A stretch of 64,000 nucleotides of DNA from assembly GCA_903884455.1 (NCBI GenBank), contig CAISEW010000041.1, forward strand, positions 17,335 through 81,334, given 5' to 3'. Below, piece by piece: positions 36,756 to 47,302 of the stretch. The notes beneath the pieces were generated by a model, which searched no databases, was not told where the DNA came from, and saw nothing but the letters and a program-made list of their open reading frames with translations. A program made the translations under genes and the position numbers. How positions within the stretch are numbered: position 1 is the first letter of the stretch; every line of letters begins with the position of its first letter. The stretch is from an uncultured Chloroflexota bacterium. Its GTDB lineage: Bacteria > Chloroflexota > Dehalococcoidia > GIF9 > AB-539-J10.

Positions 36756-37487
36756 GTGATGATTTATTATAAATCTGTGAAGTTGGCCGAGTATTTTTAT
36801 TGTTATGTATGGCAAGGCAGGGGCAATAACTGCAATGCCATTCTCTGGCCCTCGGTTTTAAGGGGGGAGCGTCCGCACGTATTAATTGACCCTGGCCATG
36901 TTAGGAATGAGCTTGGGGAGCCCTGTTTTGATTCACTGGCTCAGGCTATAGAGAAGGATGGCTTCAAAATGGAGGATATTGGCCTGGTGATTGGCACCCA
37001 TAGCCATCCTGACCATATTGAAGCCACCGATTTGGTAGTGGGAAAAAGCGGAGCTTTGTTTACTTTATCCCGTGAGGAGGATGAATTTTATCGCACGATG
37101 GGGAAGATGTTCTTTCAGGCATTTGGCGGTAAGCCGCCGCAGGTTAATCCCTTCTTTTATCTTAAGGAGGGCGATTTGTCTCTGGGGGCTAAAAATAATA
37201 AAGTCGCGGTCAAGGTTTTCCTTACCCCGGGACATTCTCCCGGTTCTATTTCCCTTTATCTGGAAGAGGATAAAATATTGATCAGCGGTGACGTGGTCTT
37301 TGCGGGCAGCATAGGTAGGACTGATTTCCCTGGTGGCAGCCCTTCCTTGCTACGGAAGAGCATTGATGAGCTGTCTCAGCTTGATGTGGAATACCTTGTT
37401 CCTGGTCACAGCACCGAAGCGGGCAGCATAATTGTCGGCAAGGATAAAGTAAGGCGTAACTTTTACACGGTCAAGATGTTTATTTAA
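36756..37487 (+). CDS. metallo-beta-lactamase fold hydrolase
   Basis: THSHPDH, TPGHSPGS, SGDVVF, PGH. Confidence 0.9.
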   Translation: MMIYYKSVKLAEYFYCYVWQGRGNNCNAILWPSVLRGERPHVLIDPGHVRNELGEPCFDSLAQAIEKDGFKMEDIGLVIGTHSHPDHIEATDLVVGKSGALFTLSREEDEFYRTMGKMFFQAFGGKPPQVNPFFYLKEGDLSLGAKNNKVAVKVFLTPGHSPGSISLYLEEDKILISGDVVFAGSIGRTDFPGGSPSLLRKSIDELSQLDVEYLVPGHSTEAGSIIVGKDKVRRNFYTVKMFI

Positions 37488-37539
37488 CAAATGATAAGGA
37501 GTGAAGAGCTTAGAATAACAGGTTGAATTGGGGTCTATT

Positions 37540-38214
37540 ATGGAGACGGATGACAAAGTTAAATATGCTCTGGAGCACACGGAATTAATCCGAGCACCAC
37601 AGCAAAACCTGGCCACTTTTGGCAGTTCTGTTATTGATTATTACGTTGTCACTGAACTGGTGGGGAATCTCAGTGTGGTCCGGGATGGGAAGGTAATTGC
37701 GGAAAGACCCAAAATTGTCACTCCTGCTTACCTGGTCAATGTTGAAGGATTCAGTGAGCAGGCGAGAAGATACATAGCGATGATGGCTCGGGAGCGCCCT
37801 TATGAGTCGGGCATTTTTTACCGATATAAGAACGAACCCAAGGGGATGAATGTTGTCTCCGAGCCTATCAGGCAGGTGATAGAAAAGCTCAGCTCTCAAA
37901 TAGAGGAGCAGAATAACCCCTTAAGCACCATAATCAGAGGGGTGGAGGAACTATGGGATGTATCTTTGCTCATGTTCATCTATGAGATAACTAACAGGTC
38001 GGTTCGCACTAATGTAGTCGAATTTAATCGTCGGGGCTTTTTAGAAGTAGATGCCGGTGGAGTGCCTCAGGGTGCCCGAGATTACATTGAGGAACTTTTC
38101 GAGCAAGCGAGTCGCAACCTTTCCCGAGCCCCGGAGCTGGTGGTTGAGTTAAACCGCTGGGGTCTATTCCCGGAATATCAAGACCGTTTCTTTGCCCTGT
38201 TCAGAAGAAAGTGA
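37540..38214 (+). CDS. conserved hypothetical protein
   Basis: Long ORF with LATFG, ERPKIVTP and L..WGLF.EYQDRFF. Confidence 0.7.
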   Translation: METDDKVKYALEHTELIRAPQQNLATFGSSVIDYYVVTELVGNLSVVRDGKVIAERPKIVTPAYLVNVEGFSEQARRYIAMMARERPYESGIFYRYKNEPKGMNVVSEPIRQVIEKLSSQIEEQNNPLSTIIRGVEELWDVSLLMFIYEITNRSVRTNVVEFNRRGFLEVDAGGVPQGARDYIEELFEQASRNLSRAPELVVELNRWGLFPEYQDRFFALFRRK

Positions 38215-38225
38215 GCCTGCCCGAG

Positions 38226-38999
38226 TCACCACAGTCCCAGGTACCAGCTTAGTATATTACTTCCCCAGAGTAGTGTTACCATGGCGGCTAGGGCCAGGAA
38301 GGGACCGAAAGGAATCGTCTCCCGGCGTTTTCTCTTTTTAGCTATCATCAAGACCACAGCCACTATGCCACCGATGATAGCTCCCATAATAATGGCGAGA
38401 AGAACCAGAGGAAAGCCGGTTGCCAGGCCAATCAAAGCCGCGAGCTTAACATCTCCCCAACCCATGCCCCCACGGGAGACTATGGCAATCACAAGGAATA
38501 GAGCAAAACCAATGCCTCCGCCTAGAGCGGCGTAAGCAACTCGCATAACTATCGAATCAGTAAGCCATGGCCAGGGATATAAAGACAGGAGCAAAGCCAC
38601 AACCATGCCGGGATAGACTACCTTGTTCAGGATGAGCCCCTGCTCCAGGTCGATGACGAAAATGATAATGAATAGGCAGGCGTAGAAAGCCATAACTCCC
38701 AGCTCCGCACTTAAGCCATAGTGCCAGTAGAGTAAAGCGAATATCAGGCCGGTGGCCAGCTCCACCCAGAATATCCTGCGGGGTATGGAAGCCTGACAGT
38801 ACCGACAGCGACCACGAAGCCGGAGGTAGCTAAATACGGGAATGTTGTCTTTAGCGGCTAGCTTGTGCTGGCAAGCTTCGCAATGAGACGGTGGAAGTAC
38901 AATGGACTTGTTCTGGGGTAGACGGTCAATGCATACATTAAGGAAGCTGCCTATAGCCAGACCCAGAAGGGCAAATATGAATATCAAAAGTATTTCCAC
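38226..38999 (-). CDS. pilD: type IV prepilin peptidase
   Basis: GSFLNV, SHC..C, GRCRYC, MGWGDVKL, IPFGPFLA. Confidence 0.95.
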   Translation of the reverse strand: MEILLIFIFALLGLAIGSFLNVCIDRLPQNKSIVLPPSHCEACQHKLAAKDNIPVFSYLRLRGRCRYCQASIPRRIFWVELATGLIFALLYWHYGLSAELGVMAFYACLFIIIFVIDLEQGLILNKVVYPGMVVALLLSLYPWPWLTDSIVMRVAYAALGGGIGFALFLVIAIVSRGGMGWGDVKLAALIGLATGFPLVLLAIIMGAIIGGIVAVVLMIAKKRKRRETIPFGPFLALAAMVTLLWGSNILSWYLGLW

Positions 39000-39083
39000 G
39001 GGTGTTTATTGTGGACGTATTATGTGCCTGAAGTCAATACCTGCTCTGATAAAATCGGAGTTATTGCCAGGCGTAGCTTCTTC

Positions 39084-39196
39084 TGTCGTTGCGAGGAGCG
39101 TAGCGACGAAGCAATCTCGTGGAGCCAATGAGATTGCCACACTTCGCTAGCAACGACAATATAACCGTACCTCCGCCCTTAGGGGCGGAGGTACGG
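39084..39196. repeat. two TGTC(A/G)TTGC elements plus a 14-bp-stem GC hairpin
   Basis: 39084-39118 (+), 39130-39158 (-); ccgtacctccgccc-ttag-gggcggaggtacgg at 39165-39196. Confidence 0.75.
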
Positions 39197-39204
39197 GGGA
39201 AAAT

Positions 39205-40350
39205 TCAATTGAGATCCCAGCCGCCGACATTGCACTGACCATTGGAGTTCCATCCCACGGCGACCACAGCGCCGTTGGACTTAAGCCCCACTGTGTGGAA
39301 GACGCCTGTAGCGACCTGGACGATGTCCGTCCAGTTGCCGACATCATACTGCCCGAAGGCGTTAGATCCCACGGCGACCACGGTGCCGTTGGCACAAAGC
39401 CCCACCGTGTACAAGCCGCCTGCGGCGACCTGGACAATGCTCGTCCAGTTGCCGACATCACACTGCCCGGAGGTATTATCTCCCACGGCGACCACGGTGC
39501 CATCGAGCTTAAGCCCCACCGTGTGACCGCCACCTGCGGCGACCTGGATGATGTTCGTCCAGTTGCCGACATCACACTGCCCGTAGGTGTCATTTCCCAC
39601 GGCGACCACAGTGTCGTCGAGCTTAAGCCCCACCGTGTGACCGCCGCCTGCGGCGGCCTGGACGATGCGCGTCCAGTTGCCGACGTCGCACTGCCCGGAG
39701 TCGTTCAATCCCACGGCGACCACGGTGCCGTCAGGCTTAAGCCCCACTGTGTCTGAGCCGCCCGCAGCGACCTGGATGATGTCCGTCCAGTCGCTGACAT
39801 TACACTGCCCGTCCCAGTTCAATCCCACGGCGACCACAGTGACGTCGGATTTAAGCCCCACCGTGTGATACCTGCCGGCGGCGACCTGGACGATGTGCGC
39901 CCAGCCGCTGACATCCAACTGATGATAGTAATTGCTCCCCATGGCGACCACGGTGCCGTCGGACTTAAGCCCCACTGTGTGCTTCTCGCCTGCAGCGAGG
40001 CCATATTGCTTGACAAAGTTGGCTGTTACAGAGTAGTTGTGGCCCATCGTGATGGTAGTTGTGGCGGCATTGACATTGGCAATCGTGCCTGCGTCACCAG
40101 TCCAGCTGGCAAACAGATAGCCGTTATCAGGAGTCGCCACCAGGTGGACCACCGTTCCGTTAGAATAGGTAAAATTCCCCCCTCCAGGGGTGGTTACCAA
40201 CCCTCCAGCGGTACTGGCGATAGTGAGGGTATAATAAGAACGAGTAGTCTGAGCACAGCTTACCATCCCGCCAATTAAGGCTACCGCAATCAAAAGGATG
40301 CTAACTCTGGCCACGTAACAGTGTTTCCTCAAGCTAAGTATTATCCTCAT
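39205..40350 (-). CDS. lipoprotein with InlB B-repeat-like domain and about 7 RCC1-like repeats
   Basis: Lipobox MVSC; W-T-G-D B-repeat; 37-aa (111-bp) repeats QVAAGGxHTVGLKxDGTVVAVG. Confidence 0.85.
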   Translation of the reverse strand: MRIILSLRKHCYVARVSILLIAVALIGGMVSCAQTTRSYYTLTIASTAGGLVTTPGGGNFTYSNGTVVHLVATPDNGYLFASWTGDAGTIANVNAATTTITMGHNYSVTANFVKQYGLAAGEKHTVGLKSDGTVVAMGSNYYHQLDVSGWAHIVQVAAGRYHTVGLKSDVTVVAVGLNWDGQCNVSDWTDIIQVAAGGSDTVGLKPDGTVVAVGLNDSGQCDVGNWTRIVQAAAGGGHTVGLKLDDTVVAVGNDTYGQCDVGNWTNIIQVAAGGGHTVGLKLDGTVVAVGDNTSGQCDVGNWTSIVQVAAGGLYTVGLCANGTVVAVGSNAFGQYDVGNWTDIVQVATGVFHTVGLKSNGAVVAVGWNSNGQCNVGGWDLN

Positions 40351-40472
40351 TTTTCACCTCTAGATTCTTGTAGTTGCCTGATTCGGCGCAATAGAGTGCT
40401 CTTGCTTATGCCAACTATCTGGCAAACTTCAGCAGTTCCATAACAGATTCGGCTGTTTATTTTTACACGCAT
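40347..40472 (-). pseudogene. short MerR/excisionase-like HTH remnant
   Basis: MRVKINSRICYGTAEVCQIVGISKSTLLR; only 41 aa. Confidence 0.4.
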
Positions 40473-40882
40473 ATAGAACTCCCTCACAAGACTAATTGAA
40501 TATAGTCTAAGATCTGTTCGCTTCTCCGTCAATCACCCATTAGTAACCGTACTTTCGTAAGGGAAGGCTTGTCCTCTCCCGATTGGTAGGAGCACACAAG
40601 GAGTTCTCTGTAGAAAATCTCATTACCACAGTACCAATCAAGCCTACTATAAATTAGGTATTATTTCCCCAGAATAATCCGGTTTGCCCAGACTAGGGGT
40701 CAATGAAGTTTGAGGATAGCTTGAGGCTTTATCGGAGGATTGAGCAACTCTTGTCATTGTGGGGCACTTTTCTCTTGTCATTGCGAGGAGCGAAGCCCCG
40801 AAGCAATCTCAATTATGAGACTGGACACTGGATTAGGATGATAATATAGTAATGTGGTTGCCAAAATCGGGGGTGAGGCAAT

Positions 40883-41614
40883 ATGTCAGTGAAGTACTAT
40901 GTTGGTTGCAGTGGCTGGCATTATGAGCACTGGCGCGGGCTTTATTACCCCGAGGAATTGCCCAGGCCGAAATGGTTGCCATTTTACGCCCGGCAATTTA
41001 CTACCGTAGAGCTCAATAACAGTTTTTATCATATGCCTTCGGAGAAAGCGTTCACCACCTGGAGAGAATCTACACCCGACAACTTTATTTTTGCTGTTAA
41101 GGTGAGTCGATTCATCACGCACATAAAAAGGTTAAGGAATTTAGGTTCAGCGGTGGAGAACTTTCTATCGCGGGCTAGTTTTTTGGGAGAAAAACTGGGT
41201 CCCTTGCTGTACCAACTGCCTCCTAGCATGAAGCGCAACGATGAGCTATTACAGAATTTTTTATCTTCATTGCCGCCAAAATATCAGCATGTAGTTGAAT
41301 TTCGCCACGAGTCATGGATTGACGATGCTGTGTTCGATATTTTACGAGGACACAATGTTGGGTTGTGCGTTTTTGACATGCCGGGCTTTAGCTGCCCCCT
41401 TGTCGCTACCAGTGATTTTGCCTATGTCCGTTTCCATGGCAGCGAGGGTCTATATTCCAGTTGTTACTCCGACGAAGAGCTTTCCCAATGGGCACAAAGA
41501 ATTGCTCGGCTGGGGCAAAACGTTAGGGCTAGCTATATCTATTTTAATAACGATGCAGAGGCATTTGCGGTTAAGAATGCTATAACGTTGAGGAATCTTT
41601 TAAATATTCCTTAA
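40883..41614 (+). CDS. DUF72 family protein
   Basis: GCSGWHY..W, VELNNSFY, LYQLPP, EFRHESW, YVRFHG, YFNND. Confidence 0.9.
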   Translation: MSVKYYVGCSGWHYEHWRGLYYPEELPRPKWLPFYARQFTTVELNNSFYHMPSEKAFTTWRESTPDNFIFAVKVSRFITHIKRLRNLGSAVENFLSRASFLGEKLGPLLYQLPPSMKRNDELLQNFLSSLPPKYQHVVEFRHESWIDDAVFDILRGHNVGLCVFDMPGFSCPLVATSDFAYVRFHGSEGLYSSCYSDEELSQWAQRIARLGQNVRASYIYFNNDAEAFAVKNAITLRNLLNIP

Positions 41615-43400
41615 CTTTCTTCGCCAGGACTGGGGTTATGCCTTCTGTCTGGCTGAGCTCCTCTAACGAAGCTTCCTTGATAGCTTGAATTGAGCCAAGC
41701 TTTTTTAGCAGAGCCTTTTTTCGCTTTGGCCCGATGCCGGGTATGTTATCCAGAGCGGAAGCGATGACTTCTTTGTGGCGCAACTTCCGGTGGTAGCTTA
41801 TAGCGAAGCGGTGGGCTTCATCCCGGGCTCTTTGTAGGATATGAAGGGCCGGAGAGTCTTTAGCTATATAAACCGGCTGGGGGTCGCCGGGTATAAATAC
41901 CTCCTCATTTTCTTTAGCTAGGCTGACCATGGGGATAGAGTCTAGCCCTAATTCTTGCCTCACCTCCAGAGCGGCATTGAGTTGTCCCTTGCCGCCATCA
42001 ATGAGGACAAGGTCGGGAATAATTGCCCAGGTGCCTTCGCCTGTCAGGCCCCGTTTAAACCTGCGCCTCAATGTCTCTTGAATCATGGCATAATCGTCAG
42101 CGCCAGTCACAGTTTTGATACGGAAGCGGCGATAATGTGCCGGTTTAGGCCAGCCTTTTTCCAGAACAACCATGCTGCCCACAGCCAAAGCGCCCTGAAT
42201 ATTAGAGACATCATAACATTCTATTCTCCGGGGCATCTTAGGCAAGTGTAGTCTGTTTTTTAGCTCTTGTAAGCCGGAGCTTATAGTCTCTACCTTCATC
42301 TCTTTAGCTTGGGCTAGTTCTAAACCTTGTGCAGCGTTTTCGGCTGCTGTGTCCACCAGCTTCTTTTTGGCTCCCCTTTGAGGCACTTGAAGCTCCACCC
42401 TGCTCCCTCTTTGCTGTTCAAGCCATTCCGAAAGCACTGCTGGCTCGTCCACGGGGTGCTGAAGCAATATCAGCGGTGGGATATATGAAGCCGAGGCATA
42501 GTATTGTTTCACGAAACTGGTCATTATTTGCCCGGGAGACTCGCCCTGGATGCCTTCCATAATAAAATGGTCTTGGCTGATAAGTTTATTATTGCGAATA
42601 GAAAAGAGCTCGACATAAGCCTGTTTTTCATTTTGTGCCAGACCAATGACGTCCTTTTCCCCTTGTAATGTTATAGCAATCCTCTGCCCCTCTATGACTT
42701 TTCCTATGGCGTTAATTTGGTCGCGCAACAAAGCTGCCCTCTCAAACTGAAGCTGCTGCGCTGCGGCTTTCATCTTGGTGTTTAATTCACGAAGAATAAG
42801 TTCCTGCTTCCCCTGTAAGAATAAGATGACCTGGTTTATTACGTCGTGGTATTCCTGTTTTTCCACTGCCCCAATGCATGGTCCGAGACAGCGGTGGATA
42901 TAATAATCGAGACAGGGCCGCTTATCTTTACCCTCGATGCGCTTGCTGCAGCTACGAAAAGGAAAGATTTTCTTTATTAACCTTAAGGTTTTGCGTACTG
43001 AGCCAGCACTGGCAAAAGGTCCAAAGTATCTAGCTCCGTCTTTCTGAACCCGGCGAGTGATGTAGACACCCGGCCAATCTTCGTTAATGTCTATCTTGAG
43101 GTACGGGAAAGTCTTGTTATCTTTAAGGCGCACATTGTACCTGGGGGTATATTTCTTTATCATGTTGCATTCTAGGATAAGCGCCTCTTGCTCGGAATTG
43201 GTAACTACGAACTCGAAATCTTGTATTTTTGACACTAATCGTTGAATCTTGGATGATAGGTTGGAAGGAGCGCCAAAATAACTCCTTACCCGACTGTTCA
43301 AGTTGGCAGCCTTGCCAACGTAGATAACCTTACCCTCGTTGTCCTTAAACAGATAAACTCCGGGCTTTGCTGGCAAAACTTTTAATTGCTCTGATTTCAC
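41580..43400 (-). CDS. uvrC: excinuclease ABC subunit C
   Basis: PGVY..IYVGKA GIY-YIG, IECYDVS, DDY, DGGKGQ, RDEAHRFA, HhH; GTG start at 43400. Confidence 0.95.
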   Translation of the reverse strand: MKSEQLKVLPAKPGVYLFKDNEGKVIYVGKAANLNSRVRSYFGAPSNLSSKIQRLVSKIQDFEFVVTNSEQEALILECNMIKKYTPRYNVRLKDNKTFPYLKIDINEDWPGVYITRRVQKDGARYFGPFASAGSVRKTLRLIKKIFPFRSCSKRIEGKDKRPCLDYYIHRCLGPCIGAVEKQEYHDVINQVILFLQGKQELILRELNTKMKAAAQQLQFERAALLRDQINAIGKVIEGQRIAITLQGEKDVIGLAQNEKQAYVELFSIRNNKLISQDHFIMEGIQGESPGQIMTSFVKQYYASASYIPPLILLQHPVDEPAVLSEWLEQQRGSRVELQVPQRGAKKKLVDTAAENAAQGLELAQAKEMKVETISSGLQELKNRLHLPKMPRRIECYDVSNIQGALAVGSMVVLEKGWPKPAHYRRFRIKTVTGADDYAMIQETLRRRFKRGLTGEGTWAIIPDLVLIDGGKGQLNAALEVRQELGLDSIPMVSLAKENEEVFIPGDPQPVYIAKDSPALHILQRARDEAHRFAISYHRKLRHKEVIASALDNIPGIGPKRKKALLKKLGSIQAIKEASLEELSQTEGITPVLAKKVKEYLKDSSTL

Positions 43401-43459
43401 GGCAAATTTATTGTAGCAAGCGGCTGGCATAGAGGCAAAATGACTCGGATTATGTTAAA

Positions 43460-44314
43460 ATGACTCTGATGAAGCTAGATATCGAAGCCTTCCTTCAGTA
43501 TTTGACCAAGGACAAAGGCTATTCCCAGAATACTGTGGCTGCTTACCACAATGATTTGACTCAAATGGCAGCCTTTATTACCGCAGAGCAAGCCAAGGGC
43601 ATAATCACGTCCTACGATGGGCTTTTAAAGGGCTATTTGCTCAAGCTCAGGGAGAAGAGATACGCTGTGGCAACAACCGCTCGCAAAGTTGCATCAGCCA
43701 AATCATTCTTCAAATTTATGGTTGATTCGGGGAGGATGAGGGAGAATCCAACACAAAATTTGCCCTCTCCTCAAGTTAGCAAGCATGCACTCAGGTTCTT
43801 ATCTCCGTCTGAGTACCAAAAGTTACTTGCCGAGCCAGCCAAGCTATCCTCTCCGGAAGCTAAAAGAGATGCGGTGATGCTGGAATTACTATATGCCACT
43901 GGTGTACGCATAAGCGAGTTAGTGTCATTAAATGTTAAAAATATTGATTTGGAGCAAAATCGTGTGCATATTGATTCTAAAAGACAAGTTCCTTTTGACC
44001 ATCGCTTAAGCCTGATTTTAGGAAATTTCCTCAGAAGTGATAGGCTGGATTTATTATATGATGAGAGAGAGGAAGCCCTATTTCTTAACCGACGTGGTAA
44101 GAGGCTGACTCGACAGGGGTTCTGGCAGATTATTAAGGGTTATGCCTCTAAGGCAGGTCTGGGTGGCAAGATCACGCCGCAGACCTTGCGTCATAGCTTT
44201 GCCAGACGTAAATTACAGAGTGGCATTGAGCTCCGTCAACTCCAGCAACTTTTAGGTCACGCATATATTTCCAGTACAAGAATTTATAAGCAATCTGCAC
44301 CAAGGAGAGGATAA
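43460..44314 (+). CDS. XerC/XerD-family tyrosine recombinase
   Basis: LYATGVRISEL, LTRQGFW, QTLRHSFA, LLGH...T.IY. Confidence 0.85.
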   Translation: MTLMKLDIEAFLQYLTKDKGYSQNTVAAYHNDLTQMAAFITAEQAKGIITSYDGLLKGYLLKLREKRYAVATTARKVASAKSFFKFMVDSGRMRENPTQNLPSPQVSKHALRFLSPSEYQKLLAEPAKLSSPEAKRDAVMLELLYATGVRISELVSLNVKNIDLEQNRVHIDSKRQVPFDHRLSLILGNFLRSDRLDLLYDEREEALFLNRRGKRLTRQGFWQIIKGYASKAGLGGKITPQTLRHSFARRKLQSGIELRQLQQLLGHAYISSTRIYKQSAPRRG

Positions 44315-44586
44315 TGGCAAAAAAATCACGACGTGCTAAAGCTAAACAGCGGGCTAGAATGGCGAAGGCGGTAGAGCAGAGACAGCCACAACAACCAACA
44401 CAACAACCAATGTCAATGCCTACTAAGCTGCAATCACCGGCCCGAGTGTCTCCGAAAGCTCAAGCCCCAAAAGCTCAAGATTTAACCAGCCGCTATCAAT
44501 ATGTTCTGCCTGACGTAAAACGCATCGGCATCATTGCCGGCTCCATAATTGTGGTCCTCATAATCCTGTCTTTCATTCTTGGTTGA
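44314..44586 (+). CDS. small basic protein with C-terminal TM helix
   Basis: Lys/Arg-rich N-terminus, RYQYV..DVKRIGII, TM helix. Confidence 0.7.
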   Translation: MAKKSRRAKAKQRARMAKAVEQRQPQQPTQQPMSMPTKLQSPARVSPKAQAPKAQDLTSRYQYVLPDVKRIGIIAGSIIVVLIILSFILG

Positions 44587-44605
44587 CATCTTCGGCTGGT
44601 GAACT

Positions 44606-45244
44606 GTGGCGGATTTAGAGTGGGCTAGGGAAAATTTACTTAAATATCTTGACCACGAAATCGCTGACAAGCGTATAGTTGAAGCTATGAAGCATGTTCC
44701 GCGTGAAGCCTTTGTATCACCAGAGCAATATCATGCTGCTTATGACGATAGACCCTTGGGCATTGGCTTCGGGCAAACTATCTCTCAACCCTTCATTGTG
44801 GCTCTGATGGTGCAAGCTTTGGAGCTCAGGGAGAATGGAAAGGTGCTGGAGCTGGGTACTGGGAGCGGCTACGAAGCAGCGATATTAGCTGAGTTAGCTC
44901 AAAAGGTGGTTACCGTGGAGTGTATACCTGAATTGGCGGAATCGGCTAAGCAAGTTCTGGATAAGCTTGGTTATTCCAATATCGAGATTCACGTAGCTGG
45001 CAAAACTCTGGGTTGGCCAGAGGGAGCCCCTTACGATGCTATTATAGTTTCTGCTGGTGCTCCCAGTGTGCCTCAAGTTCTTTTGGAGCAACTAACTTGG
45101 GAGGGGCGATTGGTAATCCCTGTGGGCTCTCAATGGCAGCAAGACTTGCTCAAGATTACCAAGCTCAGAAAGGGTAACAGGATAGAGAACTTAGGTGGTT
45201 GCTACTTCGTGCCCCTTATTGGTGAAGGTGCTTGGGAGAAGTGA
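44606..45244 (+). CDS. pcm: protein-L-isoaspartate O-methyltransferase
   Basis: VPREAFV, GQTISQP, LELGTGSGY, APYDAIIV, FVPL. Confidence 0.95.
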   Translation: MADLEWARENLLKYLDHEIADKRIVEAMKHVPREAFVSPEQYHAAYDDRPLGIGFGQTISQPFIVALMVQALELRENGKVLELGTGSGYEAAILAELAQKVVTVECIPELAESAKQVLDKLGYSNIEIHVAGKTLGWPEGAPYDAIIVSAGAPSVPQVLLEQLTWEGRLVIPVGSQWQQDLLKITKLRKGNRIENLGGCYFVPLIGEGAWEK

Positions 45245-45344
45245 AAAGGGTAATTGGCAGTGGGAATGTTGTTGGTGCTGGAAGCGGAGAACTGTGAATG
45301 TCTATCGGAAGACCATCTGCAAAATAAGCTAACGGAGGTGAAAG

Positions 45345-46478
45345 ATGGATTTTAACTTGAGTCGAGAGCATGAGATGCTGAGGGATATGGTGAAGGAATT
45401 TGCTAACAATGAACTGGCGCCTCGCGCTTTGGAACTGGACAATAAAGGCGAATTTTTCTGGGAACAGGTGAAAAGATCAGGGCAGTTGGGTCTCATCGGG
45501 GTGATAAACTCCAAAGAGTATGGTGGCACGGCTATGGGTCATCTGGCCCGGATGATTCTAATCGAGGAAATCTCGCGCGTTTATCCACCGATGGGCTTCT
45601 TCCATCAGACGGGCAATCTGTTAATGTACGCCATAGAGACTTTTGGCAATGACCAGCAGAAGAAAAAGTATTTGCCTGCCCTCTGTAAAGGTGACAAGGT
45701 GAGTGCTTTTGCTCTTACTGAGGCTAGTGGCGGTTCTGACCCAGCCAATATGCAAACTGAGGCTACTCTGAAAGGCAACGATTACGTCATTAACGGTCGA
45801 AAGTGCTGGATCACTGCAGTCGACCCGGCAGATGTTGTGGGCTTTGTTGCCAAAACCGGGGATAAGTTCAGTGCATTTATCGTAGAAAAGGGCACACCAG
45901 GCTTTGAAGTCACCCGGAGGGAGGAAACTATAGGTCTGCGTTCTCTGCCGGTCAACGAATTTGCTCTGACCAACTGCCGCCTGCCTAAGGGAAACCTCAT
46001 AGGAGAGGAAGGACGTGGTCTTGTCTGTGCTCTGACCACTATTGCCACTATCGGCAGGACAGGTGCCGCCGGAGTAGCCTTGGGCATTGCCCGTGGCTGC
46101 TACGAGATAGCTTTGAAGTTCGCCAAAGAGCGTGTCCTCTATGGCAAGCCGATAGCTGCCCTCCAGGCGATACAGTTTATGCTGGCTGATATGAATGTGG
46201 AGATTGAAGCCGCCAAGTGGCTTTGCTACAGCACTGCCTGGCAGCTTGACCAGGGCAAGACATCCCGGGACCTGGCAGTGGATATAGCCAGATGTAAGCT
46301 CTATGCCGTTGATGTTGCTAACCGCTGCGCCTATAAGGCGGTGGATATCATGGGCGCTTACGGGTTGTCTCCCGAGTACCGTGTCATCGGTCTACTGAGA
46401 GATGCTCTAGAGCTGGGCGTGGCTGCTGGCAGTCAAGAGGTAATGAAGATTACCATCGGGGCAACCATTACAAGGTAA
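45345..46478 (+). CDS. acyl-CoA dehydrogenase
   Basis: FALTEASGGSD, INGRKCWIT, R..YGKPI..LQAIQF, MGAYG. Confidence 0.9.
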   Translation: MDFNLSREHEMLRDMVKEFANNELAPRALELDNKGEFFWEQVKRSGQLGLIGVINSKEYGGTAMGHLARMILIEEISRVYPPMGFFHQTGNLLMYAIETFGNDQQKKKYLPALCKGDKVSAFALTEASGGSDPANMQTEATLKGNDYVINGRKCWITAVDPADVVGFVAKTGDKFSAFIVEKGTPGFEVTRREETIGLRSLPVNEFALTNCRLPKGNLIGEEGRGLVCALTTIATIGRTGAAGVALGIARGCYEIALKFAKERVLYGKPIAALQAIQFMLADMNVEIEAAKWLCYSTAWQLDQGKTSRDLAVDIARCKLYAVDVANRCAYKAVDIMGAYGLSPEYRVIGLLRDALELGVAAGSQEVMKITIGATITR

Positions 46479-46487
46479 TCTGGCTCT

Positions 46488-47288
46488 ATGGGTCTTGAAA
46501 TCTTAGTTTGTATTAAACAGGTGCCGCACCCCGACCACTTCTCTGAAATCCGGCTGGATGTAGGCAGCGGGCACATTATCCGGGAGGGTGTCCCGGCAAT
46601 CATAAATCCACTGGACCGCAATGCCCTCGAAGAGGGGCTGAGGGTTAAGGAGAGGTTTTCAGGGAAGGTAACCGTGATAAGCATGGGGCCTCCCCAGGCT
46701 CAAAAAGCTCTGGAAGAAGCCCTGGCAATGGGTGCGGACAGGGGCATCCTCCTTTGCGATGTGGCATTTGCTGGAGCTGATACTCTGGCAACTGCCAATA
46801 CTTTATTTTATGCTGTCCGAAAGCTGGGCAAGTTCGACCTTATCTATTGTGGTAACGAGACGGTGGATAGCGGCACTGCCCAGGTTGGCCCTCAACTCGC
46901 AGAACTCCTTGATATTCCTCAGGTGAGCGGTGTTCAGGAAGTCGCTTTTGTTGACGAAAAGACCCTGGAGGTCAGGCGTGCCCTGGAGCACGGCTACATG
47001 AAGGTGAGGTTGAAGCTACCGGCTTTGCTTTGCGTAACCAGGGGTATTAATAGGCCTCGGTTGCCTACGGTGCAGAGTATTATGGAGGTGGCACAGAAAG
47101 AGATGATTATCTGGAAGGCGAAAGATATCGGGGCTCCACCGGAGAGCATTGGTCTCAAAGGTTCACCAACCTGTGCCGCCGGCGTTTACGAACACAAGGT
47201 GGGACGGCGGCGCGAAATAATGCAGGGCTCTACCGAAGAGCAAGTTCAAAGGACTGTGGCACGGCTTAAAGAGCTGGGAGCGATATAA
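46488..47288 (+). CDS. etfB: electron transfer flavoprotein beta subunit
   Basis: CIKQVP, INPLD, SMGPP, AGADTLAT, DSGTAQVG. Confidence 0.9.
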   Translation: MGLEILVCIKQVPHPDHFSEIRLDVGSGHIIREGVPAIINPLDRNALEEGLRVKERFSGKVTVISMGPPQAQKALEEALAMGADRGILLCDVAFAGADTLATANTLFYAVRKLGKFDLIYCGNETVDSGTAQVGPQLAELLDIPQVSGVQEVAFVDEKTLEVRRALEHGYMKVRLKLPALLCVTRGINRPRLPTVQSIMEVAQKEMIIWKAKDIGAPPESIGLKGSPTCAAGVYEHKVGRRREIMQGSTEEQVQRTVARLKELGAI

Positions 47289-47302
47289 CGAGGCGCGAAA
47301 GC

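Noticed and set aside
39205-39990. Diversity-generating retroelement in the RCC1 or GLUG repeats
   Set aside because: Ordinary in-frame tandem protein repeats; no reverse transcriptase and no adenine-specific TR/VR pair seen
43460-44314. Xer gene as the integrase of the virion cluster
   Set aside because: Lies 7 kb away among housekeeping genes and has chromosomal XerD-like motifs
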